Positions 1 to 10,800 of a DNA stretch of 64,000 nt are shown here, one piece after another; position 1 is the stretch's first letter; every line of letters starts with the position of its first letter. The DNA comes from Bacteroidetes bacterium CG18_big_fil_WC_8_21_14_2_50_41_14 (lineage in GTDB: Bacteria > Bacteroidota > Bacteroidia > Bacteroidales > F082), in assembly GCA_002771745.1 (NCBI GenBank), contig PCUL01000203.1, forward strand, positions 405 through 64,404. The letters are read 5' to 3'. A model generated the notes under the pieces. That model was given only the letters and a program-made list of their open reading frames with translations, did no database searches and was not told the DNA's origin. The position numbers and the translations under genes were made by a program.

Positions 1-450
1 GTTGTGCTCGACAATATCAGGAGTCAGAGCAATATAGGATCCGTATTTCGTACATCCGATGCGTTCGCTATAGAACAGATTGTACTCTGTGGTATTACAG
101 CAAGCCCACCCCACCGTGAAATTCACAAAACCGCACTTGGAGCCACGGATTCGGTTGATTGGGAATACAAATCCACTACTTTAGAGGCCGTAACAAACCT
201 CAGGGACCGCGGATATAAAATAATTTCTATCGAACAAACTGAACACGCTATCCCTTTGCCCCTATTTGAAATTCAAAAAAATCAAAAATATGCCCTCGTA
301 TTCGGAAATGAAATTGCTGGTGTGGAAGATGCTGTTATTCAGCATTCTGACTCCTGCATCGAAATTCCCCAATGGGGCACAAAACACTCATTGAACATTA
401 GTGTAAGCGTGGGAATTGTACTTTGGGACATCGTATTAAAATTGAAATAG
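1..450 (+). CDS. TrmH/SpoU-family RNA methyltransferase, C-terminal part (5' end outside window)
   Basis: Frame open from base 1 to the TAG at 448-450. SpoU-type motifs in translation: NIGSVFRTSDAF, ALVFGNEIAGV, IEIPQWGTKHSLNISVSVGIVLW. Confidence 0.75.
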   Translation, partial: VVLDNIRSQSNIGSVFRTSDAFAIEQIVLCGITASPPHREIHKTALGATDSVDWEYKSTTLEAVTNLRDRGYKIISIEQTEHAIPLPLFEIQKNQKYALVFGNEIAGVEDAVIQHSDSCIEIPQWGTKHSLNISVSVGIVLWDIVLKLK

Positions 451-525
451 TTAACCATTATTGAAACAATTAATATTTTTGAGCGTAAAATCAAACATTA
501 TGCATATTCTCGTTTAATATTTTAT

Positions 526-533
526 TACTTTTG
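526..533 (+). promoter_or_regulatory. Bacteroidota-type -7 promoter box TACTTTTG (TAnnTTTG)
   Basis: Exact TAnnTTTG match about 105 nt upstream of the ATG at 639. The same octamer recurs before four other genes in this window. Confidence 0.4.
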
Positions 534-638
534 CGTTATTAACAAGACGTTCTTAACAATTAACCTATCTATCATCAATCTAAAAGATTAAAATAAATAC
601 TTTTGTAATCATTAATACCTACAATAAACTTTACTAAC

Positions 639-3140
639 ATGAAAAAAGCTTATTCTTTATTAACCAAAGCACTGATCTTAAGCATGGTCATGGCTTTACC
701 ATTGTCATTCTTTGCTCAGGAAACCGGGGATTCCAAAGCTGAAAAAAAGGAAAAGAAAAGTTCTTCCTTTTCACCTTTCTGGTACATTGAAGGTGAAATT
801 GGGCCATCCTGGTCACACGCTGACTTAAGCCGTTACGATTTTGCTCCTGATTTTGGACACACCAATATCAATGGGGTTTTAGGTCTCGGACGGCAATTAA
901 CATCTGTTTTTAGTGCCTATGGTCATATTGACAGAGGTTTTTTTGAAGGTGAAAAAAAGAATGTGGCTACCACAAGCATACCCAATGCTCAATGGGGACG
1001 AGATATGTATTTCCTGACCGACTACTTTGGCGGGAACCTGAATCTTGGCATCAACATTTCAAACCTGGTCAGTGGTTATCATGAACGTCTGATTGACTTT
1101 GGTATCCACGGAGGTGTTGGCCAGGTTCAATGGATTTCAAAAACTTACGACCTGAATACCGATGCCAGAATCATGACCAATGGCGCGAAAGGAACAAAAT
1201 CAGGCGGAACTGGAAGCGGTATCAGCGACAGGAACATTGATCTTACAGTCCCTGTTGGTTTTAACGTCAATTTTAAAGTCAGCGATAAGTGGGATGTATA
1301 TGGTGACTATACCTATACCTGGATGACTACTGATTATGCAGATGGAGCCAAACATGGTGCCTTGGCCGTAAAAAATGATGTGTTTTCACACTTTAATATT
1401 GGTGCCCGCTACAAATTTGGCGGTAACAACACCAAAAAAATGGCTGCCAACTTCGAAAAGGTAGAGCTGAAAGCTACTCCTGATCCATTAGAAGAAAGAG
1501 GAGACAGCATTGAAGTAACCATCAAAGGAACCTTCCCCCCAAAATATTTTGGGAAAAAAGCGGTGATGTGTTTTGCTCCTGTGTTGACCTACGAAGGTGG
1601 ACAAACTGCATTCCCACCCATGAAATTTAAAGGTGAAGATGTAGCCGGTGACGGTACATTGGTTCCTTATGGTAACGGTGGTTCGTTTACCTATACAGGT
1701 AAAATACCATACACCCCGGCCATGGATGTAGCTGAACTCTCTGTGTCTCCCGTGATTTATACTTATGATGGCGAAAACTATGAGACCTGCGAAGCAGCGG
1801 CTAATGCGAAAGGAGCCATTATTGCCCCTGAAAGGAAAATGGCTGACGGAACTGTTCATACCTCCAACTGGTATCGAGATACCGAAGTGTTGGCCTGGGC
1901 TCCAGATGCTTACGAGAAAGAAACTCTGAGCACACAAAAATCTGATCTGTTCTTCCAGGTGAACCTGGCTCAGTTGAATATGAAACTTCCGCTCAACAAA
2001 AAAGATGAAAACTTCAACGCTTTAAATAATAACCTGTCAGATGTTGAACAAGGCTGGGTTATCAGAGATGTGACTATTAATGGTTGGGCTTCACCTGAAG
2101 GGGAAGAAACTTTTAACGAAGGCCTCTCACAACGCCGTGCCGAAACAGCTCAGAAATTCATGAATGACAAATTTATAAAAACCGCTAAAACCAACAAAGC
2201 CATTGATCCAAAGACGGTTAATTACGTTGTAAAATCAAATGGTCCCGACTGGAACGGTTTTATGAAAGCAGTTCAAAATTCATCCATTCAGGACAAGAGT
2301 GCTATCCTCAATGTTGTGAATTCTTCTGATCAAAGCAAAAAAGAAGAGGAAATCAGAAACATGATTTTGATCTATCCTGAACTCGAACGCGACATTCTTC
2401 CTCCGTTAAGACGCGCCAACATTGAAGTGACTACCTATATGCCGAAGAAATCGGCTGAGCAGATTGCAAACCTCTCCACAACAGATCCTAAATCGCTGGA
2501 AATGGAAGAATTGCACTATGCCGCCACTTTAACAAATGACAACGGAAATAAAAGGTTGATTTACGGTTCTATTATAGAGTACTATCCTAATGACTGGAGA
2601 GCTGTTAATAATGCAGCAGCCGTTGAGTTGGCAGAAGGCAATCTGGAAATAGCAAAAGCGTTGTTGACAAAAGCCCTTGAGATGAACGAAAATTCATTTG
2701 AAGTACACAACAACATGGGTGCTTACTACATGATGACTGGTGATTATTTGAGTGCCGAAAAAAGCTATATCAAAGCACAAAGCCTGGGCGGTGATGAAAA
2801 TTACAACTTAGGTATCGTCAATATTGCCAAAGGTGATTATGCAAAAGCCGAGATGCTGTTAAAAGCCGCCAACTGCGATTTCAATAAAGGCTTGGCTCAG
2901 TTGTTAAATGGCAATAACGCCGGTGCAGAATCCACATTCAAATGTGCTCCACAAGATGCCGAAACCATGTACTTGCTGGCTATCACCGGTGCACGTACCG
3001 ACAACAAATCGATGATGCTTGATTATCTTGGACAATCGATCAAGGCAGATGCCGCAGTAGCTAAAGTTGCCGCTTTAGACAGAGAGTTCATCAAATATTA
3101 CAACGATCCTGACTTCCAGGCTGTTGTAAACATGAAATAG
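639..3140 (+). CDS. Secreted OmpA-family protein with beta-barrel-like N-terminus and C-terminal TPR repeats
   Basis: Signal peptide MKKAYSLLTKALILSMVMALPLSFFAQ. Gly/aromatic-rich N-terminal third. OmpA_C-like motif NGWASPEGEETFNEGLSQRRAETAQKFM. TPR-like repeats in the last ~230 aa. Confidence 0.6.
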   Translation: MKKAYSLLTKALILSMVMALPLSFFAQETGDSKAEKKEKKSSSFSPFWYIEGEIGPSWSHADLSRYDFAPDFGHTNINGVLGLGRQLTSVFSAYGHIDRGFFEGEKKNVATTSIPNAQWGRDMYFLTDYFGGNLNLGINISNLVSGYHERLIDFGIHGGVGQVQWISKTYDLNTDARIMTNGAKGTKSGGTGSGISDRNIDLTVPVGFNVNFKVSDKWDVYGDYTYTWMTTDYADGAKHGALAVKNDVFSHFNIGARYKFGGNNTKKMAANFEKVELKATPDPLEERGDSIEVTIKGTFPPKYFGKKAVMCFAPVLTYEGGQTAFPPMKFKGEDVAGDGTLVPYGNGGSFTYTGKIPYTPAMDVAELSVSPVIYTYDGENYETCEAAANAKGAIIAPERKMADGTVHTSNWYRDTEVLAWAPDAYEKETLSTQKSDLFFQVNLAQLNMKLPLNKKDENFNALNNNLSDVEQGWVIRDVTINGWASPEGEETFNEGLSQRRAETAQKFMNDKFIKTAKTNKAIDPKTVNYVVKSNGPDWNGFMKAVQNSSIQDKSAILNVVNSSDQSKKEEEIRNMILIYPELERDILPPLRRANIEVTTYMPKKSAEQIANLSTTDPKSLEMEELHYAATLTNDNGNKRLIYGSIIEYYPNDWRAVNNAAAVELAEGNLEIAKALLTKALEMNENSFEVHNNMGAYYMMTGDYLSAEKSYIKAQSLGGDENYNLGIVNIAKGDYAKAEMLLKAANCDFNKGLAQLLNGNNAGAESTFKCAPQDAETMYLLAITGARTDNKSMMLDYLGQSIKADAAVAKVAALDREFIKYYNDPDFQAVVNMK

Positions 3141-3160
3141 AAATTGCTTTTTTCGTGAAA

Positions 3161-3190
3161 AAGCCCCGGCAAGTTGCCGGGGCTTTTTTT
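3161..3190 (+). terminator. Rho-independent terminator
   Basis: GCCCCGGC-AAGT-TGCCGGGGC stem (8-9 bp, GC-rich) followed by T7, 20 nt after the stop at 3140. Confidence 0.8.
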
Positions 3191-3376
3191 GTGCTTTCCA
3201 GTCTCCCAGCATTCAATTTTCTTTAGATAAAAAATAGGAAGTCATCATATACATTTGACCTTCATAACTTTGTATATTTATTTGCACTGGTAATGCAGGA
3301 ATTTAATGTGCATCAGTTAAATACTACAATGAAATCAATCTGGCTATTTAGCCGACTACTAAATGTTCTTGTGATC

Positions 3377-3610
3377 CTAAGCTTCATGTTTCCTGATGGT
3401 TTTTTCAAGATCATCCTCAAGTTGGTCTATCTCAATATATTCAGCAGTGCCCTCGTTCACACTAAGCAATTCATTTTGCATATATTCCTGAACAGACAGA
3501 AAGCTCGTGTCTTCCTTAATAACCCTTATTTCTTTTTCGCTAAAACGGCTTAAAAACCACATTAAATGCTTACAAACTTTGTTGCTTACCTCAAGTCTGA
3601 TAGATTGCAT
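3377..3610 (-). CDS. Small hypothetical protein (77 aa), possibly an orphan antitoxin-like protein
   Basis: ATG-initiated ORF with a TAACTTTG -7 box 17 nt upstream. Acidic C-terminal half. No family recognised with confidence. Confidence 0.4.
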   Translation of the reverse strand: MQSIRLEVSNKVCKHLMWFLSRFSEKEIRVIKEDTSFLSVQEYMQNELLSVNEGTAEYIEIDQLEDDLEKTIRKHEA

Positions 3611-3626
3611 GGTATTCTTTTTTTTA

Positions 3627-3634
3627 CAAAGTTA
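3627..3634 (-). promoter_or_regulatory. -7 promoter box TAACTTTG for the 77-aa gene
   Basis: The plus strand reads CAAAGTTA, i.e. TAACTTTG on the minus strand, 17 nt upstream of the ATG at 3610. Confidence 0.4.
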
Positions 3635-3797
3635 AATAATTTCCAAAGCACGAATTTGCATATCTGCAATGATGAAATATTATTCAATAGATCATCTTGT
3701 TAGAGTATTATTATCACCATGGAATACCAATGAATATAAAATACTCGTTTTCAACGGAGATACTTTACATCCGTCCATATATGTGATCAGCATATAT

Positions 3798-4430
3798 CTA
3801 AAAAGTAATCCTATGGATCCCGGGTTTGTGCTCCTGTTTGATGACCTCCATAATTGAGTTATAGTCGGCACGGTTCCGGACAAAATCGATATGGTTGGTA
3901 TCGAGAATTAAAGTGGTGAGGTTGGGTTGTTGTTTGATGAAGTCAAGATATCCTTCCTGGATTTTATCCAGGTAATCATCCTTAATCTCCTGCTCGTACG
4001 ATCGTCCGCGCAGCTTGATGTTTTGCTGCAATTTGGGCGTATTCACGTACAAATAAACGAACAAATCCGGCTTTGGAAGCTGGTGATTTATGATATTAAA
4101 AAAACGAACGTATAATGCCAACTCAGCAGGAGGAAGTGTCTTTTGAGCGAAAATCAACGATTTCACGATAAAATAATCCGAAATGGTAAACGACTTAAAT
4201 AAATCTTGAGTCCCCAGTTGGTCGGTTAACTGCTGAAACCTGGATGCCAGAAAGGACATCTCCAACGGAAATGCATATTTCTCCTGGTCCTTGTAAAACT
4301 TGGGTAGGAAGGCATTGTCCTCAAATTGTTCGAGGATCAATTTGGCGTTGTATTCTTCGGCAATCATGGTGGCCAGGCTGGTTTTCCCGGCCCCGATATT
4401 TCCTTCAATGGCAATAAAATTGTATCTCAT
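3798..4430 (-). CDS. Deoxynucleoside kinase
   Basis: P-loop MRYNFIAIEGNIGAGKTSLA and dNK-family body (FEDNAFLPKFY, ERSIY-like region). Start set at the ATG at 4430, which overlaps the folK stop (ATGA). Confidence 0.85.
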   Translation of the reverse strand: MRYNFIAIEGNIGAGKTSLATMIAEEYNAKLILEQFEDNAFLPKFYKDQEKYAFPLEMSFLASRFQQLTDQLGTQDLFKSFTISDYFIVKSLIFAQKTLPPAELALYVRFFNIINHQLPKPDLFVYLYVNTPKLQQNIKLRGRSYEQEIKDDYLDKIQEGYLDFIKQQPNLTTLILDTNHIDFVRNRADYNSIMEVIKQEHKPGIHRITF

Positions 4431-4936
4431 GCCTGTTCCATTTGATAATACCATACTTTTCCCTGGTCTTCACATTGGTTTAAAAGTTCTAATTGATTCA
4501 CTTTGAAAACCGGGTGAATAAACCCGGAGGCCATTTCCACCAGTGGCATCAAGGTGAATTTTCTCAAATGAAGCCTTGGATGCGGGATGACCAGGTCATG
4601 AAAATTAACTACTTCATCGTTGAAATACAGCAAATCGATGTCAATATTTCTGGAGGAATATCCCTCACCAACCGCTTTCTCCCTGCCTAATTCCATTTCA
4701 ATATGCCTTGTAAGTTCGTGGACTTCTATGGCTGAATAGCCAGTTTGTACTTGAATTACCTGGTTCAGAAAAAAGGTGTCCGCTTCAAACCCCCATGGCT
4801 GCGATTCGTACAATCCCGAAGCGGACAATACCTTACCGAGCCGCTGTTCAATCAGTTCAAAAGATTTACGAATGAATCCTGACCTGGGATGGACATTGCT
4901 TCCCAGTAACAGAAAAACCTGATTTTTTTTTGGCAT
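4427..4936 (-). CDS. folK: 2-amino-4-hydroxy-6-hydroxymethyldihydropteridine diphosphokinase
   Basis: HPPK motifs: LLLGSNV, GLYESQPWGF, NRNIDIDLLYF, LVIPHPRLHLRKFTLMPL. Confidence 0.9.
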   Translation of the reverse strand: MPKKNQVFLLLGSNVHPRSGFIRKSFELIEQRLGKVLSASGLYESQPWGFEADTFFLNQVIQVQTGYSAIEVHELTRHIEMELGREKAVGEGYSSRNIDIDLLYFNDEVVNFHDLVIPHPRLHLRKFTLMPLVEMASGFIHPVFKVNQLELLNQCEDQGKVWYYQMEQA

Positions 4937-5116
4937 AACAACTATTGACAGGAATGCAAAACTAGTAAATCTTCGTGCCTATAACAAACCTTAAAATTAG
5001 AAATCATGAAATGTGGATGCAATTAAAAAGAGCGTATTAATCAAGTTTGGAGAGTAAGTTCCTGGCCTTTTCGGAATAAAAACCATTTTCTTTTTTAAGG
5101 TCTTCTAAAATCAGGA

Positions 5117-5842
5117 TTAAATTTGACCTAACCGATGCAACAAGCTCCGAATCTTTTTATCATACTGTGTGTCGGTGGCCCACTTTCCGGTCAGGTCAAC
5201 AATCTTTACAGCACTACCCCGTTCCACAAAACGAAAACGCTCATCTACCAGGTCTGTTTTCAGCTTTTCTGTGGAAGCATACGCTTTCAGGTGTTGGATG
5301 TGTGCGCGTACGCCTGTGCGCGAATCAATGAATGATAATCCCTTTTCTCCTTTGCCGGTAACACCCAAACCACAATAATTATGCTGTTGGCTGTCCACAT
5401 CGCCTCCAAAACGAAGGAAACCCGTTTCGAGACACATTTGGGTGAACGCCACGTCCGGGTTAACGCCTTCTATCGCCGATTCCTCAATATATAATCTGGC
5501 CAGATGGCGGGCAGTAGAAAGGTCGATGTGGTGGTTGTTTTGCAAAAGAAATGTTTCCAGTTGCTCCCCGCTGGTCACTCCCAATGCCATAATTTGTTCA
5601 GATGGAAGCAAACGAGCTCTTTTCGTTGCCTTTGGATAAAAACGAACCCGATAATAATCGACCGGAACAATGGCCGTCAACCCCGACAGGTTAACCGATA
5701 GAGTAAGCTGTTGTTGATAACCAATAAACTTATTTTTCTCACTTCCCCAGGTCGGGTTGCTTTCAGAATACGTGTAAGTACTTGTACACAACACCATCAG
5801 CAACAAAGTAAACACGACAGGTTTATTGAATATCAACCTCAT
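5117..5842 (-). CDS. Secreted glucosaminidase-domain (LytD-like) peptidoglycan hydrolase
   Basis: Signal peptide. Motif FTQMCLETGFLRFGGDVDSQQHNYCGLG and RAHIQHLKAYAS, typical of the mannosyl-glycoprotein endo-beta-N-acetylglucosaminidase domain. Confidence 0.7.
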   Translation of the reverse strand: MRLIFNKPVVFTLLLMVLCTSTYTYSESNPTWGSEKNKFIGYQQQLTLSVNLSGLTAIVPVDYYRVRFYPKATKRARLLPSEQIMALGVTSGEQLETFLLQNNHHIDLSTARHLARLYIEESAIEGVNPDVAFTQMCLETGFLRFGGDVDSQQHNYCGLGVTGKGEKGLSFIDSRTGVRAHIQHLKAYASTEKLKTDLVDERFRFVERGSAVKIVDLTGKWATDTQYDKKIRSLLHRLGQI

Positions 5843-5973
5843 ACAACCTTTTTTAGCACCATCTAATGTGACGATTAAAGATCATTTAATTGGTGGATTT
5901 ATTTCCGGAAGGGCTTATAATATTATTCACAAATATTTGTTAATATTGCTTCTAAATCAATCCAACTTCAGCC

Positions 5974-7752
5974 ATGAAACAATTTTTAAAATTTATGTTT
6001 GCCTCCTTTTTAGGCACCATCCTTACATTTATCGTTATTTTCTTGCTTTTCGCGGGTATGGTCGCTTCATTGGTAGCTATGTCGGGCGATGAAGAAGTGA
6101 AGGTTAAAGATCGCTCTATATTGCAAATCAACTGGCAGGCTCCCATCATGGATCGTGCTTCTGAAAATCCATTCGAAGGATTTGATTTTGCCAACATGCA
6201 ATCGAACAAACCCTTGGGACTAAACGAGATACTCAAAACCCTCGACAAAGCCATCACCGACCCAAAAATAGAGGGTATTTTTCTGGATATGGAGACCATT
6301 CCGGCAGGCATAGCCACCTCGCAGGAAATACGTGAAAAGCTCAAGTCGTTCAAAGAAACAGGCAAGTTTATTGTCAGCTATGCTAACAATTACGATCAAA
6401 AAGCATATTATCTGGCCAGCCTCTCCAGTGAAATTTATCTTAACCCTGAAGGCATGGTGCTCTTTAAGGGTCTCAACGCTCAAATTATGTTTTTGAAAGG
6501 CCTCCTGAAAAAACTGGATATCGACATCCAGGTGGTGCGTGGCCCAGATAATAAATTTAAAAGCGCGGTCGAACCACTGATGCTCGATCAAATGAGTGAT
6601 GCCAACAGGTTACAAATGCAAACACTCATCGAATCCATCTGGGGCCAAATACTAATGGCTTTGTCAGAAACACGTGGCATTTCAATCGATGACCTCAATA
6701 CCATTGCCGACAACCTCGAAACTTCTACCGCTAAAAAAGCCCTGGAACTTCATTTTATCGATGGGAGCCTGTACCGTGATGAGGTAATTGAAATTCTTAA
6801 GACGAAAACAGGAAGAACAGAAGACGAAGAGTTGAACCTGGTGGCTTTTAGTTCTTATATTAATGCAAAGGCCTCAAAAGAAGAGGGAGTAATTCGTGAC
6901 CGGATAGCCATCGTCTATGCTCAGGGCAGTATTGTTCAGGGAAAAGGAAACCAGGAAAACATTGGTTCCGAAACCATGGCAAAAGCCATCAGCGAAGCCA
7001 GAAATAACGAGAAAGTAAAAGCCATCGTTTTCAGGGTAAACTCAGGTGGTGGCGATGCACAGGCTTCTGAAATTATCCGGCGCGAAATAGAGCTTGCCAT
7101 CAAAGACAAACCTGTGATTGTTTCCATGGGCGACATGGCGGCTTCAGGCGGGTACTGGATTTCGACCAATGCAGACTATATTTTCGCAGAACCCACTACG
7201 CTCACCGGCTCTATTGGCGTATTTGGCATCATCCCCAACATGAAAGGATTGTTTAACGACAAACTTGGCATTACCTGGGATGCCGTAATGACCAACGAAA
7301 ATTCAGATTTTATCGACATCATGAAACCATTAAGCCCATTTCAACACGAGAAACTCAACCAAACTGTTGTTGACATTTACCAGGAGTTTACGGCCTTGGT
7401 AGCCCGCACACGCAAACTGGATATTCAGTTTGTCGACAGCATTGCTCGTGGCCGGGTTTGGACAGGTCAGGATGCCAGGCAGCTTGGACTCATTGATGAC
7501 TTTGGGGGAATAGAAGCTGCGGTAAAATATGCAGCCAATAAAGCACAACTGGGCGATGCTTACCGCATTGTTGAATATCCAAAACGAAAAGACTTTGTGC
7601 AACAATTGATGGAGGAACTCACCGGACAAGTAAGTACCCGTTTGATCAACAACGAGTTGGGAGAGTACGCCAAATATTACCAGGAATTGAAATCGTTACA
7701 AGGTATACAGGGTGTTCAGGCCAGGGTACCCTATTTTCTGGATATAAAATAG
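5974..7752 (+). CDS. sppA: Signal peptide peptidase SppA, 67K type
   Basis: 592 aa with an N-terminal TM segment. Duplicated ClpP/crotonase-like halves. Catalytic region MGDMAASGGYWIS. Confidence 0.9.
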   Translation: MKQFLKFMFASFLGTILTFIVIFLLFAGMVASLVAMSGDEEVKVKDRSILQINWQAPIMDRASENPFEGFDFANMQSNKPLGLNEILKTLDKAITDPKIEGIFLDMETIPAGIATSQEIREKLKSFKETGKFIVSYANNYDQKAYYLASLSSEIYLNPEGMVLFKGLNAQIMFLKGLLKKLDIDIQVVRGPDNKFKSAVEPLMLDQMSDANRLQMQTLIESIWGQILMALSETRGISIDDLNTIADNLETSTAKKALELHFIDGSLYRDEVIEILKTKTGRTEDEELNLVAFSSYINAKASKEEGVIRDRIAIVYAQGSIVQGKGNQENIGSETMAKAISEARNNEKVKAIVFRVNSGGGDAQASEIIRREIELAIKDKPVIVSMGDMAASGGYWISTNADYIFAEPTTLTGSIGVFGIIPNMKGLFNDKLGITWDAVMTNENSDFIDIMKPLSPFQHEKLNQTVVDIYQEFTALVARTRKLDIQFVDSIARGRVWTGQDARQLGLIDDFGGIEAAVKYAANKAQLGDAYRIVEYPKRKDFVQQLMEELTGQVSTRLINNELGEYAKYYQELKSLQGIQGVQARVPYFLDIK

Positions 7753-7807
7753 CCCCTTTTATAGTAAAAAATATTCGATATAGAAGAGGCTGGATATCCA
7801 ATGAAAA

Positions 7808-7843
7808 CAAAAAAGGGCTGCTCATCAGAGCAACCCTTTTTTA
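7808..7843. terminator. Bidirectional terminator between convergent sppA and nifJ
   Basis: GGGCTGCTC-ATCA-GAGCAACCC hairpin (one mismatch), flanked by an A-run on the left and T6 on the right. Confidence 0.7.
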
Positions 7844-7856
7844 TTGTTTGAAATTT

Positions 7857-10800
7857 CTATTTAGAATAATCCATTTCTGTCATCCTCTTGTAGTTTTTGT
7901 ATCGCCAAAGTGCACTTTCTTCGGCCAGCTTAAAGAGCTTTTTAGCCTCTTCGGGGAAGGCTTTTTTTAATGAAGAGTAGCGCACTTCGTTATTCAGGAA
8001 GCTTTGGAATTTTGTCCAATCGGGTTCTTTTGAATCCAGGGTAAAGGGGTTCTTTCCTTCGGCTTCCATAAGTGGATTGTAACGGTACAACTGCCAGTAT
8101 CCTGCCTCTACAGAGAACTTCTCTTCGTTCTGAGCTCCACCCATGCCACCTTTGATACCGTGAGCAATACATGGTGAGTAAGCTATGATCAATGAAGGGC
8201 CAGGATAAGCCTCGGCTTCCTTGATGGCTTTGAAGGTCTGCGACTGACTTGCCCCCATGGCAATTTGAGCAACATACACATATCCATAAGTCATGGCCAT
8301 GACGCCCAGATCTTTTTTGCGGGTTTTCTTACCGGAAGCAGCAAATTTAGCTACCGCTCCAATAGAGGTGGATTTTGAAGCCTGGCCCCCGGTATTTGAA
8401 TAAACCTCAGTGTCCAGAACCAAAACGTTAACATCTTCCCCTTGAGCCAACACATGGTCAAGGCCTCCATATCCAATATCATAGGCCCATCCGTCACCGC
8501 CAAATATCCATTGAGATTTCTTTACCAGAAATTGTTTCAGGTTAAGGATTTCTTTTGCCAGAGGATCGCTCTCTTTACTAAATTCAGCAACTACTTTTGC
8601 AGAAGCCAGAATCGATTTTGCAGCATCATCTTTCCCTTCAATCCATTCCTTCATGGCTTCTTTGGAGGCGGCAGAAAATTCTTTCTTCAAAGCCTGTTCC
8701 ATCCGCTCTTGGATACGTTGCCGCATTTTAGCGGTAGCAATGGACATACCGTAACCAAACTCGGCATTGTCTTCAAACAAAGAGTTGGCCCAGGCAGGTC
8801 CATGACCTGATTTTTGGTCGGTGCAATAGGGAGTGGAAGGAGCTGAACCACCATAAATGGAAGAACACCCTGTAGCATTGGCCACCATCATCCGGTCACC
8901 AAACAATTGTGTAACCACTTTAATATAGGGGGTTTCGCCACAACCTGCACAAGCTCCCGAGAATTCGAACAGAGGCTGTGCAAACTGACTGTTTTTTACT
9001 GTTTGATCTTTTGGTACTACCTCATCCTTGTAACCCACTACATCATTCAGGTAGTTCCACCGGTCAATTTCGTCAAGTTGTGTTCCAATGGGCTTCATCA
9101 CGAGCGATTTCACCTTTGAAGGACAAACTTCGGCACAAGCATCACAACCGGTACAATCCAACGTACTAACCTGGATGCGGTATTTATAGGCCTTAATGCC
9201 TGCCAATCCCTGAATCGCATTGGTTCCTTCCGGTGCTTTTGCCAATTCTTCATCTGTTAACAAGAATGGACGAATGGCAGCGTGAGGGCAAACATAGGCG
9301 CATTGGTTACACTGAATGCAGTTTTCTTCAAGCCATTCCGGAACATTGATGGCGACACCTCTTTTTTCATAGGCTGTTGTCCCGGCAGGGAAAGTGCCAT
9401 CTTCACGTCCGTTGAAAACACTAACCGGCAGGCTGTCGCCTTTTTGCAAGTTGATTGGATTGACCACATCGCGGATAAATGCAGGTAATGAATCATCTAC
9501 TTTTGGTTTTTCAATAACAAGCTTTGACCATTCAGCAGGGATATCAACCTTTTCAACAGCATCGCCACTGTCGACTGCGGCGTAGTTCATGTTGACAATT
9601 TCTTCCCCTTTACTACCATATGATTTGCGGATGGCTTTTTTCATCTCATCAACAGCATCCTCGTAAGGAATAACTTCCGCTACTTTAAAGAAAGCTGATT
9701 GCATGATGGTATTGGTGCGGTTTCCTAAACCAATTTCTTCAGCAATTTTGGTGGCGTTGATAATGTACATGGTGATGTTTTTCTCAGCCAGATACTTTTT
9801 GAAATGATTGGGAAGTCGGTTCTTGGTTTCTTCAACATCCCAGATGCTGTTAAGAAGAAAGGTACCCCCTTTTTTCAATCCGGCCAGCATATCGTATTTT
9901 TCCAGGTAAGCCGGCACATGACAAGCAACAAAGTCAGGTGTGTTGACCAAATAATGCGAGCGAATGGGAATATCACCAAAACGAAGGTGAGAGACCGTAA
10001 TACCACCTGATTTTTTTGAGTCGTAAGCAAAATAGGCCTGGCAATATTTATCAGTACTATCACCAATGATTTTAATGGAATTCTTGTTGGCACCAACCGT
10101 ACCGTCAGCACCCAAGCCATAAAATTTAGCGGCGAATGTACCCTTAGGTGCTACATTAATTTCGGGCAACAGGGGTAAAGAGGTGTGCATCACATCATCC
10201 ACAATACCTACCGTAAATTGGTTCTTTGGGTTTTTAGCAGCCAAGTTGTCATAAACAGAAATCATCATAGCCGGAGTGGTATCCTTTGAACTTAATCCAT
10301 AACGCCCACCAACAATGACAGGCGCATTTTCTTTGCCATAAAACAATTCCTTAATGTCCAGGTACATGGGCTCACCATTGGCGCCTATCTCCTTGGTACG
10401 GTCGAGTACAGCAATGCGTTTTACCGACTTAGGACAGGCTTTCATAAAGTATTTTTCAGAGAAAGGTCTGTACAGGTGCACGGTGATGACACCTGCTTTT
10501 TCACCATTGGCCAGTTTATAATCAACCACTTCTTTAATGACTTCTGTAATGGAGCCCATGGCCACGATCACATTTTCTGCATCCGGAGAACCATAATAGG
10601 TAAACGGATGGTACTCGCGTCCGGTGATTTTCTTTAGTTGTTGCATGTAATCTTCAACCATGTCGGGAATACCGGTATAGAATTTTGAGGCGGCTTCTCT
10701 CGACTGGAAGTATATATCAGGATTTTGAGCTGTACCACGGGTTACAGGATGTTCAGGGTTTAATGCGTGGTCGCGAAAGCGTTGCAACGCATCATAATCA

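Noticed and set aside
1488-1937. 149-aa minus-strand ORF inside the OmpA/TPR gene. Similar long antisense ORFs occur at 5952-6365, 6220-6591, 10767-11147, 13840-14253, 22040-22486, 36692-37201, 50232-50663 and 52586-52915.
   Set aside because: Each lies entirely within a longer ORF on the other strand that has recognisable family motifs. Their own translations are Cys/Arg/Ser-rich and unlike real proteins.
3293-3553. 86-aa plus-strand ORF overlapping the 77-aa minus-strand gene.
   Set aside because: Its translation is hydrophobic and low-complexity. It has no promoter box, and the minus-strand ORF has the better start context.
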